Source: Craspedostauros australis | Taxonomy: Eukaryota | Reading direction: 5' to 3' | NCBI GenBank assembly: GCA_030167865.1 | Contig: JALAGF010006229.1 | Coordinates: forward strand, 1-64,000 | DNA: 64,000 bases | Shown: positions 46,601 through 57,020 of the stretch, in pieces | Position numbering within the stretch: the stretch's first letter is position 1 | Layout of the letters: each line of letters opens with the position of its first letter | Translations under genes and position numbers: made by a program | Notes under the pieces: model-generated | Database searches by the model: none | Told to the model about the DNA's origin: nothing | What the model saw: only the letters and a program-made list of their open reading frames with translations

Positions 46601-47449
46601 CCGTTGGAGCCGAGTCCCAGCGACGATCTCGAGAGGGAGAAGGAGACAGGCGAATACCCGGAGCTCGACAAAAATTGCCTCGTGCGTCCGGAAGATAGAG
46701 ACACATGCACGGACGAAGTTCTGCTCCTGATGCGTCAGGTCCAGCCGTGCACGTTCCAAAAGCGAGATCGTCGCGTCGGCCCCGGACCACGCGGTCGCGA
46801 TCGCGTCATCGGATTCCCAGGGTTGTGCTGCAAGTGGTGCGCGAACAAAACCAACATCGGCCGTTACTTCCCCGTCTCGACGAAAAACTTGACAGTCAAC
46901 ACGTCGAATTCTTTGCTGACGCATCTCACCACATGTAGCCGCTGCCCGGAGACCATCAAGGCATCATTGGCGTTCCTTGCCCATCGCAGCATCCTGCAGA
47001 AGGCAAAGATCAGCGGCTGCTGGAAGACCACATTCTTCAAGAAGATCTGGGAACGCCTCCACGTCGAACGGACATGGAGCGAGGATAAGGGTAAGGGCAA
47101 AGACGGCAAGGCCAAAGACGGCAAGGCCAAAACCAAGGACGATGCATCTGCGACAGCTTCCAACAAAACGGGCGCCAACGGTACGCCAACCAAAGATGGC
47201 AAGGCCGATGGAAAGGCCAAGGGCGATCCCAATGACGAAGATATGGGTGAGGGGATGAATGCGCTCATCAAGGCCGCTGCCATCTGGCTCACCGAGGAAG
47301 ATCAGGCGACTGATGCAACACGAGGCGTCACTCGATCACGCAGTCGCCCTACAAGTGCCAGCGCGAAACGATCGGCCACTGTGACGCCAAGATCCAAATC
47401 GAGGGGCTCCAGCCTCACGTCCGGAAAGCGAAGGCGTGTGCATTTTTAA
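43610..47449 (+). CDS. Large putative nuclear protein with four Cys/His (CxxC...H-x(2-3)-CxxC/M-P) repeat domains arranged A-B-A-B (2 exons)
   Basis: Exons 43610-44690 and 44973-47449 (GTAAG...CGCAG). A domains: WLSE.Q...GQVGIRCxxC...YWIDSA..LGL. B domains: LV.PED...Q..PC...GFPGL.CKxC...RYFP...H...C.RCP...FF...W.R. Poly-Q N-terminal region and Lys-rich linkers. Confidence 0.88.
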   Translation: MSGYPPGGQFEENENSAIERRLQEEFRVRQANSGRVPGALAFAPRAADQNFMTSLMAESAATSSNPYYARQVSAAAAGAASSPYYSHPGALAQPPGAPVGYGASDAVTATLYAHRTAAQYGYATAASAANAAAVERAYGYGAVPSARDLYSQHFAHPSQEMSVLDRAAAYNAQQRQAEQQSLMQQQQQQQQQQQAQAQQAQQQQQQQQSGVGAKPPAAGQGQAMSFVQNQTSPPPKQSPRSQQPAGGTPKPVVRLAPTIKSTKKSTPSKTTPKKPAPTVTAVSARRKKEQEDLDNKRWFSGCVPLGLDDDKYWLSELQVYLRSSFAESFGATEEDIAAPMHGRNKPIALGQVGIRCMHCKRKLPSSVALLCVWYTPSCSLAIPMHCNGHLAILFFSIHRSSWYCSLLNCYACLMSPSLTPNPIPCNAQFNPIQSNTIPLLPQFTLNFIPRHATADENPAERGQQATSYPSLISGIYNSVQQMLRLHLDCCQSMPPDVRLKIEQLKLSSSSRGGRKQYWIDSAKRLGLVDTPHGIHFGRDPHGPLPPLSGPSVNSKEGRKKKENETKGASPGTIPETSPSSPEEKAEAEADTLPPIPQVEERPLVFPEDKPLISDYLYLTLEQMSPCVLMEADRVGCYKTRKVGFPGLACKHCVGQAGCGRYFPASEASLSQTTTSQTIMNHVRNCRRCPIEIRENLEIMKRARMGPDGKRADKPKHGGRKVFFHRLWCRIQGLPMEDGKGEPKEKKKRKIKTPTKKSPKKKAVPVDKNKAKAEESSSPPKKQKVVAKPARVESSDDTSDSERASGDSSEEDADRKSKSKSATSKASSVSAAAAAAAKPSQRPWCEGCVTLTKTDDSAWLSEMQRFARSELVEVFSFSETDTLHGYNSRKEPAIGQVGIRCAYCKTLPPEQRSSGGLVFPDSLSAINSKLVDMIRLHFPSCPGMPADKKETFKSLRNFGSKALDDRYQYWIDSARDIGLSAVPPGGQGVGWGISFRRDPLEPSPSDDLEREKETGEYPELDKNCLVRPEDRDTCTDEVLLLMRQVQPCTFQKRDRRVGPGPRGRDRVIGFPGLCCKWCANKTNIGRYFPVSTKNLTVNTSNSLLTHLTTCSRCPETIKASLAFLAHRSILQKAKISGCWKTTFFKKIWERLHVERTWSEDKGKGKDGKAKDGKAKTKDDASATASNKTGANGTPTKDGKADGKAKGDPNDEDMGEGMNALIKAAAIWLTEEDQATDATRGVTRSRSRPTSASAKRSATVTPRSKSRGSSLTSGKRRRVHF

Positions 47450-48126
47450 GCTTAGCAAGCGAGAGCACTTTGCGATTCGTACTTGTATGTGTGGCAGGGG
47501 GCAAGGAACGCACACCAAGGGCAATGCAATTCTATGCTACACATAGGTTCATGGGTACATACGAGTACGGATGAAGAAGATGGGAGACGGGAGAACAGAG
47601 CACAACGGCACAACGGCACGATGTACGAGTAGGCAAGGCTTCAATGCCTCACATACATGCGAGATGCAATGTTTTACGCAAGATCAGAGATGGGGCGCCA
47701 GGGGGAGGGAGGGAGATGGCATCGGGAACTTTTGCATCCAGAATACACCGGGAAGACATGCATATCAGCACAGCAGTGCTACTCGTAGTAGGAGTACCAA
47801 TTAATAGGCTGCAACAAACAGCAACAGCAACAACTACAGGAAGGAAAGTGCTCGGGTAAAGACGCTAATGTTAGCGGCCATTTTCACTACTCCCACTCTC
47901 TGACTTTTTGTTCATGCATCCAATTAAATTCAGCATCAAAAGCCGTGGTCAGGGTAGAGATGCATGGCAATTTGAGTTCTTGACAGATTCGATGTTATTA
48001 CTCCATGTTTTGCGCCCCGTTGCGTTGCGTACAGAGTGTAGAGTTCTACCGTTCCAGTAGCACGTGTCCTGATGCTGCTGTTGCCTCTTCGCTCTGCGCG
48101 TTTCCGTGTTCCGAAATGCTGCGCAG

Positions 48127-51100
48127 TCAAGTTGCATGTTGGAGATCGATGGAGATCTCTTGAGTCAATCGTTGCAAGGCTCTGTTGCGGGTAGTTTCCT
48201 TGATGATACTGCGGACAAGTTCGGTGCGATCCAATTGCAAGATGTCAGGCGCTGGATTCAACCACCAGCAAAGATAGTCAGAGCTGATCGTCGGCCGCGT
48301 GCCACTGCCACTGCCACTGCCACCGCGACCACCGACGCCCTCTTTGGTCTCCGTTTGCATCGCTTCGTCATCATTATCATCATCATCACCGCCATCGTCG
48401 CTGACGCGAGTACGACCGAGCAACATATCCGCCAGCACACGAATCTGCGTTTCATGGCTCCCCGCAGCCAGAATCTTCGAATACATCCCCAACCAGAACT
48501 GGAACTCCGTCTTGGATCCCAGGCAAACAGCACATGCCATGCGATCTTCGCAGTGTGCACGCGTCACATAGTCCGACAAGGATGCATCCATCACACGGCC
48601 GAATCCAGGCTGCTGCTGCTGCTGTTGTTCGCGTCGGTTCTTTCGCTTCATGCCCCGCATCATGGATGTCAGCGTGCCTGTGCGCACGGCATGTTCGTAG
48701 CTCGCCAATTCGTCCATGCCCTGCTGCTGTTGTTGATGTTCCTGAATGTTGCTGGTCATCTTCTTCGTCTTCCGTGGGACTGTGGTGTAAAAGTCGGACA
48801 GCACGAATCGACCATCTGCAGCACGAATCCAGAGCTCGGCATCTTCCAAATACACGAAGGCTTGCACAGACCCACCAGCACCAGCGTTTGCTGCGTTGGA
48901 AGAGCTGTTGTTTGCGCCGATCGTTCCCCCCATTCGGTTTTGATGCATGCTTCCATTGGGACCTGGCTTGCGCTTCGTTGGACCAAGCGAGAGCAGCAAG
49001 AGCAAGCGTCCTGTGGTGGTGATCTGGATGCGCGCGAGCTTGGGCAGAACGTTGGGTGGCAAACCTGCTGAGAGCGTGACGTGATTCATCGGTGTGCGAA
49101 GACTGCCCTTGAACAGTCGTTTGAGCTTGGGCAGAATCTGATGCACCACGAAATCTCCATCCGCTGTCACCACAAGAATGTCTGAGGATTTGGCACGCTT
49201 GTCACCTTCACCATTGGCTCCAACAAGAGCTCCAGCTGCTGTTGGCGTTATTGAGTCGCGATCAATCTCTGTTTGTCTGATCTGCAACGACACGACGGGT
49301 GCGCCGTAAATGAATGGTGGGTGAGATCGAAAGGCGACGCCGCTGCACCATCCCGTGGATGGAGACGTGCCATACAGCTGGACAGAGCCATCGGTCGTTC
49401 CAACTGCCAGAAAATCGTGACAAGCTGCAACAGCAGAGCATGAGGCGCCGACCATTTGATCCTTCCATTTGGCCTTGCCGTCTTGCGTGATGGCCACGGT
49501 GGTGCATGAGATTGAAGCGTTGGATGACGGCAATGCCGCACTGGAGGATGACCCCGTCATGGATTGAAGTGCGTTGGTGCACTCCACCACAAATCGTGAT
49601 TCTGAGTTGCGAACGGGGAGGTCGATGGAATGCACGCGGCTCGTGCTGATTGGGATCTGCGGCGCCGCAACGTACTCAGCAGGACCTCCCACCACAGTTC
49701 GCGCTGGCATCGCATTCGCATTGGCGTTGGCTGTTGCATGGGCTGCTGCAGCTGCAGCCGCAGCCGACTGCGTATGTGCTGCGGATTCATGCTGCTGTTG
49801 CTGCTGCGTGCTGGTTGGATCGGTCGCCGCCGATGAAAGTTTGTTGTTGCGTTGCTTGGTGGCCGCATCAGCGCTGTTGGCAGCCTCCTGCACAGCATCC
49901 ATGGCTGCGTGCAGAGGGTCCTTGCGGGCCTTCTTTGCGGCTGAATTGCCAATAGCGTCCGCATCGCTGTTGGTGCCTCCCGGCGCACCTGAACCATCAT
50001 TGGATTGTTGCTGTTGCTGAATGTCCCCATCCAGGACTTCGTCTTCGATGCCAATGAGGACAGGTCGAATGCGCTTCTTGCCACCCTGCGATTGACTCAC
50101 GTGCTGGTTGGCCACGACTTGATCCGTTGTCATGGGTACGTTGTTGGTTCTGCTGGGCGAGACTGGTCTCATCGGCACCTGATCCAGGTCTCCATCGCCA
50201 TCATCGTCACGCGCGTCGTTCTCCATGGTCATTTGGAAGGGATTCTCGATCAACCGCGGGGCCGCATTTTCGCCCACGAAGAGACGTCGGCCGTTGGACT
50301 CGATCGGGTTGATACCGTAACGCAATTCGAAGATGCGTCCGCGATCGGTGTCGTTGAGGATGGGCCCAATTTCATCCGGCACCTCGAAGCGCAGTGCGAC
50401 GACCTGTCCGTCCAGCATGGAGACAATGAGAGCCAGCGCATTGTCTTGCAACCGTCCCCACGCGATGTCGGTGATGGTCGATCTGGTCTTGGAGCATTTG
50501 AGCTTGAACACTGGTCTGGTTCGTTTCGTGCTCCAAACCGTGAGGAATCCGCTCCTGTCACCGAGTGCCAGCAGCGTGGCGTATTCAGGTTCGTCGTCGA
50601 TGCCCTTGTCATCCGACTGCCCCTTCTTGCGTGCGTCGAGCAGATGGGGACAGTGCCGACTGGCGACGACGGGCTGCTTGTGTCCAACCAGGCTGGCGGC
50701 TCCCGACGCGCCCGATTTGGATCCGCTGACGGCCCAGCCATCGCGCGAAATCATGGATGCGACGTGCTTGTTCTTGACGACGGCATTGGTGGTGCAGATG
50801 TAGGATCCGTCCGTGCACCAGGACAGCCGTCGGAAGAGCGTTTGGCTAGAGAGACCGTAGGTGCTGCTGTCCTCGCCCCATCGCCGGAATATTCCGGAGT
50901 TGGCATCGATGCGTCGTTCCAGACCCCAGTCATCGTGCGCTCTCCAAATGCAGACGCAGGGATCGTCGCCGCTGCTGGCCAGGTAGGTGCCCGCTGGATC
51001 GAAGGTGACACCTTTGACGGTGGAGGAGTGTATCTGATGGCCGAGGATCTTGTACGGACTGCAGAGGATATTGTCGTGCGTGACGCGTCCCGTTTGGGTG

Positions 51101-52443
51101 GCAAGATCGGTGAGCTTCCAAACGATGATGGGCGCGTTGGAGTCGAGGGAGCAGCTGACCAGGTGAGAATCGTCGGGTGCCCATGCCAGGCCGACGACAT
51201 CGAGGGAATGGCCACGACAAAGCTTGATGCGCGTCCAGTGTTCGACGTGATTTTGGTCGGTCATGTTGCCAGAGATGGATGAGGAGTGCTTGGCCTGCGT
51301 GTAGATGCAGACCACGGAATCATCGCCCGCGCTTGCAAGGAACTTTCCGTTGTTGGAAAATCTGACAGACAACACGGAGGATCCAGTGTGGGCCGACAGG
51401 GTGCAGAGCAAACGATGCCGACGGTAGCGATCGTTGGCATTGTTGGTGCTGTGACTTCTGGAAGTGCGCTTGCTGGAGGCCTGTGACGGGGATTGGCTGT
51501 TCGGTTGCTGATCCTTGGTGGGTGTTGACTTGGACGGTGATACGTCCATGCTGTCATCTGTTGCTGCGCTGGCGTTGGTGCCGGCATTCGCCTTGCCGTC
51601 TGCATTTGGCTTCTTTTTGCTTCGAACCAAACTGGTCAGATCATGCACGCCATCATCTTCCTGCTGACTGGAACTGTCCCTGGTAACGCTGTTGCGTGGT
51701 TCCTTGTCACCACCGTTGCCATTGCTGTGGCTGTGACTGTGACTGTTGTTGCTGTTGTCGCTGTCACTGTCCGCACTGCTGCTGCCATCACTGGATCCGC
51801 TGCCGTTGTCGCTGATGCTGGCATCTTCGCCTGACTGATTGCTTTCATCGGAGGCCGATTCGCCGCTGCTTTCGTACTTCCCATCTTCGTCGTACCATGA
51901 TCCGCGTTGCTTTCTCCTGCGCGATGCCAGTTGTTTGTTGCCGTTGTTTTTGTTACTGTTGCTGTCTTTGTCCTTTTGCTGCCGTGATTGTTGCTGAGAG
52001 GTCGAGGGGGCATCAACATCAACATCAGCCTTCGCAGCTTGGCGCTTCGAGCGGCGCGTCTGCAAGGGAAAGAGCTGACTTGAGTTCCACAGACGGACCT
52101 TGCCGTCACCTCCACCAGTGGCGAACTTGGAGCCATCGGGATGGAAGTCGATGCTGTACATGGCGCACTTCTGCGTGGATGCTCCTGCTCCTGCTCCGCC
52201 GCCGTTGAAGCCACCACCTCCAAGACCTTCCAACAGAGACAGGGATTCTCTCGCTCGCAACGCGCTGCTGTGTCTGTGAGACGATGAGGCACCATTGCCG
52301 TTTCCGTTGCTTCCGCCATTCGCATTGCCTGAAGCCGATCCAGACGATCCGTCCGTGCCAATGAGGTTGCTGGTTTGGGATGACCCTGACGGACCATCAT
52401 TGTTGTAATGGGCAACCCATAAAGGTACCTCCGCGACCACCAT
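48127..52443 (-). CDS. HIRA: Histone H3.3 chaperone HIRA
   Basis: MYSIDFHPDGSKFATGGGDGKVRLW, GHSLDVVGLAWAPD, HSSTVKGVTFDPAGTYLAS, TLFRRLSW, LVGH, B-domain GKKRIRP and the C-terminal segment AFVYLEDAELWIR...TRAHCEDRMACA..LGSKTEFQFWL. Confidence 0.96.
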   Translation of the reverse strand: MVVAEVPLWVAHYNNDGPSGSSQTSNLIGTDGSSGSASGNANGGSNGNGNGASSSHRHSSALRARESLSLLEGLGGGGFNGGGAGAGASTQKCAMYSIDFHPDGSKFATGGGDGKVRLWNSSQLFPLQTRRSKRQAAKADVDVDAPSTSQQQSRQQKDKDSNSNKNNGNKQLASRRRKQRGSWYDEDGKYESSGESASDESNQSGEDASISDNGSGSSDGSSSADSDSDNSNNSHSHSHSNGNGGDKEPRNSVTRDSSSQQEDDGVHDLTSLVRSKKKPNADGKANAGTNASAATDDSMDVSPSKSTPTKDQQPNSQSPSQASSKRTSRSHSTNNANDRYRRHRLLCTLSAHTGSSVLSVRFSNNGKFLASAGDDSVVCIYTQAKHSSSISGNMTDQNHVEHWTRIKLCRGHSLDVVGLAWAPDDSHLVSCSLDSNAPIIVWKLTDLATQTGRVTHDNILCSPYKILGHQIHSSTVKGVTFDPAGTYLASSGDDPCVCIWRAHDDWGLERRIDANSGIFRRWGEDSSTYGLSSQTLFRRLSWCTDGSYICTTNAVVKNKHVASMISRDGWAVSGSKSGASGAASLVGHKQPVVASRHCPHLLDARKKGQSDDKGIDDEPEYATLLALGDRSGFLTVWSTKRTRPVFKLKCSKTRSTITDIAWGRLQDNALALIVSMLDGQVVALRFEVPDEIGPILNDTDRGRIFELRYGINPIESNGRRLFVGENAAPRLIENPFQMTMENDARDDDGDGDLDQVPMRPVSPSRTNNVPMTTDQVVANQHVSQSQGGKKRIRPVLIGIEDEVLDGDIQQQQQSNDGSGAPGGTNSDADAIGNSAAKKARKDPLHAAMDAVQEAANSADAATKQRNNKLSSAATDPTSTQQQQQHESAAHTQSAAAAAAAAHATANANANAMPARTVVGGPAEYVAAPQIPISTSRVHSIDLPVRNSESRFVVECTNALQSMTGSSSSAALPSSNASISCTTVAITQDGKAKWKDQMVGASCSAVAACHDFLAVGTTDGSVQLYGTSPSTGWCSGVAFRSHPPFIYGAPVVSLQIRQTEIDRDSITPTAAGALVGANGEGDKRAKSSDILVVTADGDFVVHQILPKLKRLFKGSLRTPMNHVTLSAGLPPNVLPKLARIQITTTGRLLLLLSLGPTKRKPGPNGSMHQNRMGGTIGANNSSSNAANAGAGGSVQAFVYLEDAELWIRAADGRFVLSDFYTTVPRKTKKMTSNIQEHQQQQQGMDELASYEHAVRTGTLTSMMRGMKRKNRREQQQQQQPGFGRVMDASLSDYVTRAHCEDRMACAVCLGSKTEFQFWLGMYSKILAAGSHETQIRVLADMLLGRTRVSDDGGDDDDNDDEAMQTETKEGVGGRGGSGSGSGTRPTISSDYLCWWLNPAPDILQLDRTELVRSIIKETTRNRALQRLTQEISIDLQHAT

Positions 52444-53108
52444 CTTTCCTGTGCTGTGCTGCTGCTGTTGCTAGAGTGTTGATGCAAGTGCTGCTGCAAG
52501 CGCTGCTACTGCGCATGAAGAAGATGATAGCAACGATAGCAACGATTGATAACTTGACTGCTTCTTTTCTTGACGAGGCCTCTTGTTCCAATGCTTCTTC
52601 GCTTCAATGCAATGGTCGTTTGTTTGGTTACCTCCCTTGTTGCTCTTACCCTTGCTCTCGCTCTCGCTCTTGCTCTCGGATCGTTCTCTCTTGGTGTCTT
52701 GGCGATCGAGGAGACATCATTCATGGCCACGCTCTCCACAGACTTTCCACCACAATTTTGCTTCGTGATTCGTTCGCGTGTTTTTGGTGTTGTTGTTGGC
52801 GATCCAATCTTGTCCGCTTCGTTTTTCCTCTCTTCCATTCCCGCCACGAGCTCCGAAGTAGTTGGCGTACGAGGTCGAACCGTCTCATCCACTGTTTCCA
52901 TTCGACACTTTCGACTCCAAGGCAGAGAGTAGTCCGTTGGAATCGATGGAGCAGATCGCACCGTTTCATTTTTTGCCGCAGCGAAAAGGAGCACAACCAA
53001 AATCCGGGTCTTCGTGACACAGCGACAGGCAACGACGCATCGTGTTCACTGCCGGCGGAGTCATCTTGACACGGACGCAACGCGGAAGACAACTTCTTGT
53101 TCGTGGTG

Positions 53109-53116
53109 GCGGGAAA
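53109..53116 (-). promoter_or_regulatory. E2F-like site (TTTCCCGC on the minus strand) in the HIRA/ankyrin divergent intergenic region
   Basis: GGCGGGAAAA on the plus strand matches the TTTSSCGC consensus on the minus strand. Function is untested. Confidence 0.3.
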
Positions 53117-53800
53117 ACCAAGCAACACGGAACAGAGAGGAGTTGACAGACCGCACACAAACACACACGCACATGCACACCCTTGTACCGTTTCATGATC
53201 CTTTGCGCAGAACAAAGAAAGAGAGAGAGAGGAACGAGGAACACACAAGAGAGATCGACAACCTGTGAGAGAAGTCTACATAAGGGTTATTCCAGCGCCT
53301 CGGACACATTCATATACTACGATTGCCACCACCCATTGCACATCAATCGCAAACGCTCGCGCTGCATCCACCACTTCAGCAGAAGATCGCACGCCGTAGC
53401 GTGTAGAATAGTCATTTGGGGACGTTGTCAGATACAGAAGGCCCCATCTGGAGATTCCTCGAACCTCCATAGGCGGCTCGTTCCCTTGGAAACCGCAACC
53501 AGAAGCATTCATGCCCAAAGGTCCATTTGGATTTCCATCGGACTTCTAATCGGGGCTTTCCAGTGAGAAGACAGCACCTGTGCTCCACAACAAGCACAAC
53601 TAGCACAACAAGCACAGATAGGCCATAGATCGAGGCCACAGAGTCGTGAAGTCTATTCTATTCTATTGCATTCGATTACAGTACACGATAGAGTATTCCA
53701 TAGCGACACATCATCGCCATCATACATCATACATCACCACACAGAAGACAGAACACAGAACACAAACAACAGACAAACAACAGAAGTAGAAGTACAAAAG

Positions 53801-56449
53801 ATGGAAGCAATTGCGCTGGATATCGACGCGGATGAATTGATGAACGACGCCGACGATCCTGAAGACGCCATGGTGGTACAAGCCACGGACACCATCTCGC
53901 CCTACCTCTTCCGCATGATGCAGGAGCACTGCACCTGCAAGTCCATCCTCGCCGTCACGAGGGCGGAGAGCAGCTGCGACCGCTACGTCCAGTGCTGTCG
54001 CCAGAACCCGGAGCAGGTCTTCTACTCCTCCCCTGGATCCGGAAGGACGCCCTTCCTCGAGGCCTGCCTCCGCGGCCATTGCCGACACATCATCTCGGCG
54101 TTGCTGGAAGCAAACCCGCTGGCTGGCTCGGACAGGGACGTCGCGCGCAACACGCCCCTGCACCTTCTCTTCGCGGACTCCACATCCACCCTCAATCCAA
54201 ATGAAACCGAACACATCCTCACCATGCTCCTGCGTTCAAACCCACACACGGTGGGCCTTGCCCGCAACAACGCTGGCGACACGGTGCTCCACAAAGCCTG
54301 CAGCGCACCGGAAGCCATGATCAACTCAGCCTGCCTCGTCAAGCTCCTCGAGGCATGTCCGGAGAGCGCCAAGATGAGAAACAACCGCAACCAATCGCCG
54401 CTGCATCTGCACTGCCGCAGAGCCAATGCCAGCGTCCAGGTCGCCAAGCTCCTCGTCAAGGCTGACTTGCTGCTGCTCGGCACCCGCGACACGGAGAACG
54501 GATGGGCGCCCATCCATTACGCGGCGGCCGAAGCCAACTACCCTCTCCTGGAGTATCTCATCCACCAGACCAAGGCGGCTGTCTCCCTGCGCACATCGCG
54601 GCATTCGGAATCGGTGCTGCATCTCCTCTTCAAGAATGGTAACTTCCAGAACTGTCCAGCCACCTTGCTGCAGGCCTACCTCAAGGCGGACCCTGCAGCC
54701 GTCACGCATTCTGAGACCATGCATTCCAAAACTCCCTTGCATCTCCTCTGCCAGAAATCGACGGTACCGCCCGACCTGGTGCGCGAGCTCCTCACGGCGG
54801 GCAGGGGCGCGGCATCCGTCGCGGATCGCAATCAGTACCTCCCCATCCATTACGCGTGCGAGGTGGGAGCGTTGCCGCAGGTCATCGAATTGCTGCTCAA
54901 GGCGTACCCCGAGGGCGCCAAGGTCATGACCAGAAAGCAGGACACCGCCCTGTCGCTGGCATGCTCCACCAACCAGAGCGTCGACTCCGTCCAGATGCTC
55001 ATCGATGCCAACCCGTCCGCTCTCACGCACAAGAATGATTACGGATACGCGCCGATCCACTGCGTGTGCCGCGCCTACCAACCTCGCATGGGGATCGTCG
55101 AGGCCTTGGTGGAAACGCGTCCTGAATGCGTCGCGTTGAAGACCAACGCTGGCGAGACAGCGATGCATCTGGCATCCAGCAACGCCGGAGTCTTCGTCGG
55201 CATACTCAAAGTCCTCAACACGGCTCTGCGTACCTTTGAGAAGATCGAGAGCACATCGGGAGCCGATGCTGCGACCAGCATGGCCGACAAAAAGATGACC
55301 AACAAGGTCGGCAACACGCCGCTGCATGATGCCTGCTTCCGCGGTTCCTCATTCGAAATGCTCGAGACCCTGGCAATGGCCAATCCCAAATGGATCAACA
55401 TACGCAACGTCGGTGGTTACACACCGCTGCAAATACTCATCAAGTGCGGACGCCTCGACGAACGCATCGTCACATTCTTCTCGCAGCTCGGTGGGCCCGA
55501 GATCTTTTCCATCCTAGACTTCACGGGCAACACGCCATTGCATTCTGCCATGAGGGGAGACACGGACGTTGCCACCGTGCACTGCTTGATCCGGGCACGA
55601 CCGGAATCCCTGTCCGCAAAAACAGTGTACGGCGACACACCGTTGCATCTTGCTTGCTTCCGGCTGGCAAGCCCGGACGTAGTTCGGGAGGTTGTCATGG
55701 CAGGCAGCATGGACCGCAGCTCGCCCGTCCTGGTCCACAACTCGTCGGGGCAAACGCCCATCTCCATCGCGATGGAGGAGTTCCGATCCAGCGGCTGCGG
55801 ATGCCACAGCCGATCGTCGCATGCCTCCGTGTCACAGCGCAGCCGGTCCTTTCAAATCCTCGCCATCCTCGTCAAGGTGCTGTTTTATGGCACGGAGAAC
55901 TACTACAAGGAATCCTGCAGCTTGGTCCATGCCTGCGTATCGTTGCACCGACGAAATATCCGTCTCGACCCCGCCTTCATCCGGCAAGTCATCCATACAT
56001 ACCCAGGAGAAGTCAAACTCATGGACGTGCAGGGCAGCTACCCGCTGCACATCGAGGCCAGCATCCCCGTCGAAAAGATGGCCCTGCTCGACTCGCCGCA
56101 TAGCTGCGTGGACCCTTCAGCGCACGAACGATCCAGCATTCTGCGACTGTTGCTGGAGATGTATCCCGAGGCCACATCCACGCGCAACGAATTCGGCGAA
56201 TTCCCGTTGGGATTGATGATCCAGAATGGAAGGGTCTGGGGACACACCATGGCATTGGCGCTACGGTCCTTCCCCGAAGCGCTGCACTGGTGCCAACGTC
56301 TCGATGACAATCTGCTACCCAACATCCTGGAAAAGGCGGGCAGGGAATGCGGTTCCAACACTCTCTTCGTGCTCCTTTGCAACTGGCCTGGCATCGCGCC
56401 GTTTGCTAGGGAAAGTCCGACGACGGCGGCGATGACGACGACGACGTGA
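53801..56449 (+). CDS. Long ankyrin-repeat protein (more than 15 repeats)
   Basis: NTPLHLL, DTVLHKAC, QSPLHLHC, WAPIHYAA, KTPLHLLC, YLPIHYAC, GNTPLHDAC, GDTPLHLAC, SYPLHI and others. ATG at 53801, intronless. Confidence 0.93.
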   Translation: MEAIALDIDADELMNDADDPEDAMVVQATDTISPYLFRMMQEHCTCKSILAVTRAESSCDRYVQCCRQNPEQVFYSSPGSGRTPFLEACLRGHCRHIISALLEANPLAGSDRDVARNTPLHLLFADSTSTLNPNETEHILTMLLRSNPHTVGLARNNAGDTVLHKACSAPEAMINSACLVKLLEACPESAKMRNNRNQSPLHLHCRRANASVQVAKLLVKADLLLLGTRDTENGWAPIHYAAAEANYPLLEYLIHQTKAAVSLRTSRHSESVLHLLFKNGNFQNCPATLLQAYLKADPAAVTHSETMHSKTPLHLLCQKSTVPPDLVRELLTAGRGAASVADRNQYLPIHYACEVGALPQVIELLLKAYPEGAKVMTRKQDTALSLACSTNQSVDSVQMLIDANPSALTHKNDYGYAPIHCVCRAYQPRMGIVEALVETRPECVALKTNAGETAMHLASSNAGVFVGILKVLNTALRTFEKIESTSGADAATSMADKKMTNKVGNTPLHDACFRGSSFEMLETLAMANPKWINIRNVGGYTPLQILIKCGRLDERIVTFFSQLGGPEIFSILDFTGNTPLHSAMRGDTDVATVHCLIRARPESLSAKTVYGDTPLHLACFRLASPDVVREVVMAGSMDRSSPVLVHNSSGQTPISIAMEEFRSSGCGCHSRSSHASVSQRSRSFQILAILVKVLFYGTENYYKESCSLVHACVSLHRRNIRLDPAFIRQVIHTYPGEVKLMDVQGSYPLHIEASIPVEKMALLDSPHSCVDPSAHERSSILRLLLEMYPEATSTRNEFGEFPLGLMIQNGRVWGHTMALALRSFPEALHWCQRLDDNLLPNILEKAGRECGSNTLFVLLCNWPGIAPFARESPTTAAMTTTT

Positions 56450-57020
56450 TTTTGCTCATTTTATCATACGTTCCGACTCTACTCCATGATTATACACTCT
56501 ATTCGATAAGACCATCATACGCTTCTCTTGGCAAGCATACGGTTGCTGTTCCGAAGTGGTTTGGTTCTGATGACGACAAAGGCGGTCGATGGGAGGAGGG
56601 CGGCATGGTGCCTACGAGTACAGTGGACCGCACTCCTTTCGAGTAATGCTCTTCTGAATACGAGGAGCCACTGCAGACTTGCGTTTCCCAATCCACGCTG
56701 TGAAGCTGGAGCGGACAGAAGGCGTGCGTGGATTCGTCGTACGAGCATGATATCATAGTTTGTAGAGTATTATTATATATCATATTATATTAGATGAAGT
56801 TATGTTGCTAGCTGTATATGTGTTTGCGTTAATGTGACAATCCACTCTGCTGCTGACATTGGCTGTGTGATATACCAGTATGATGCTGACAGCGGAGTTT
56901 CGGAGAGTAGAGTACTCGAGAGTCGCGATGATGGTCCTTGTTGCCGTTCCAATGCAGCAGGCATGCATGAAGTATCGCGGTGTTGGAAGGCTTCTTGGAA
57001 GGAACGGTGGCGGAGCTCGC

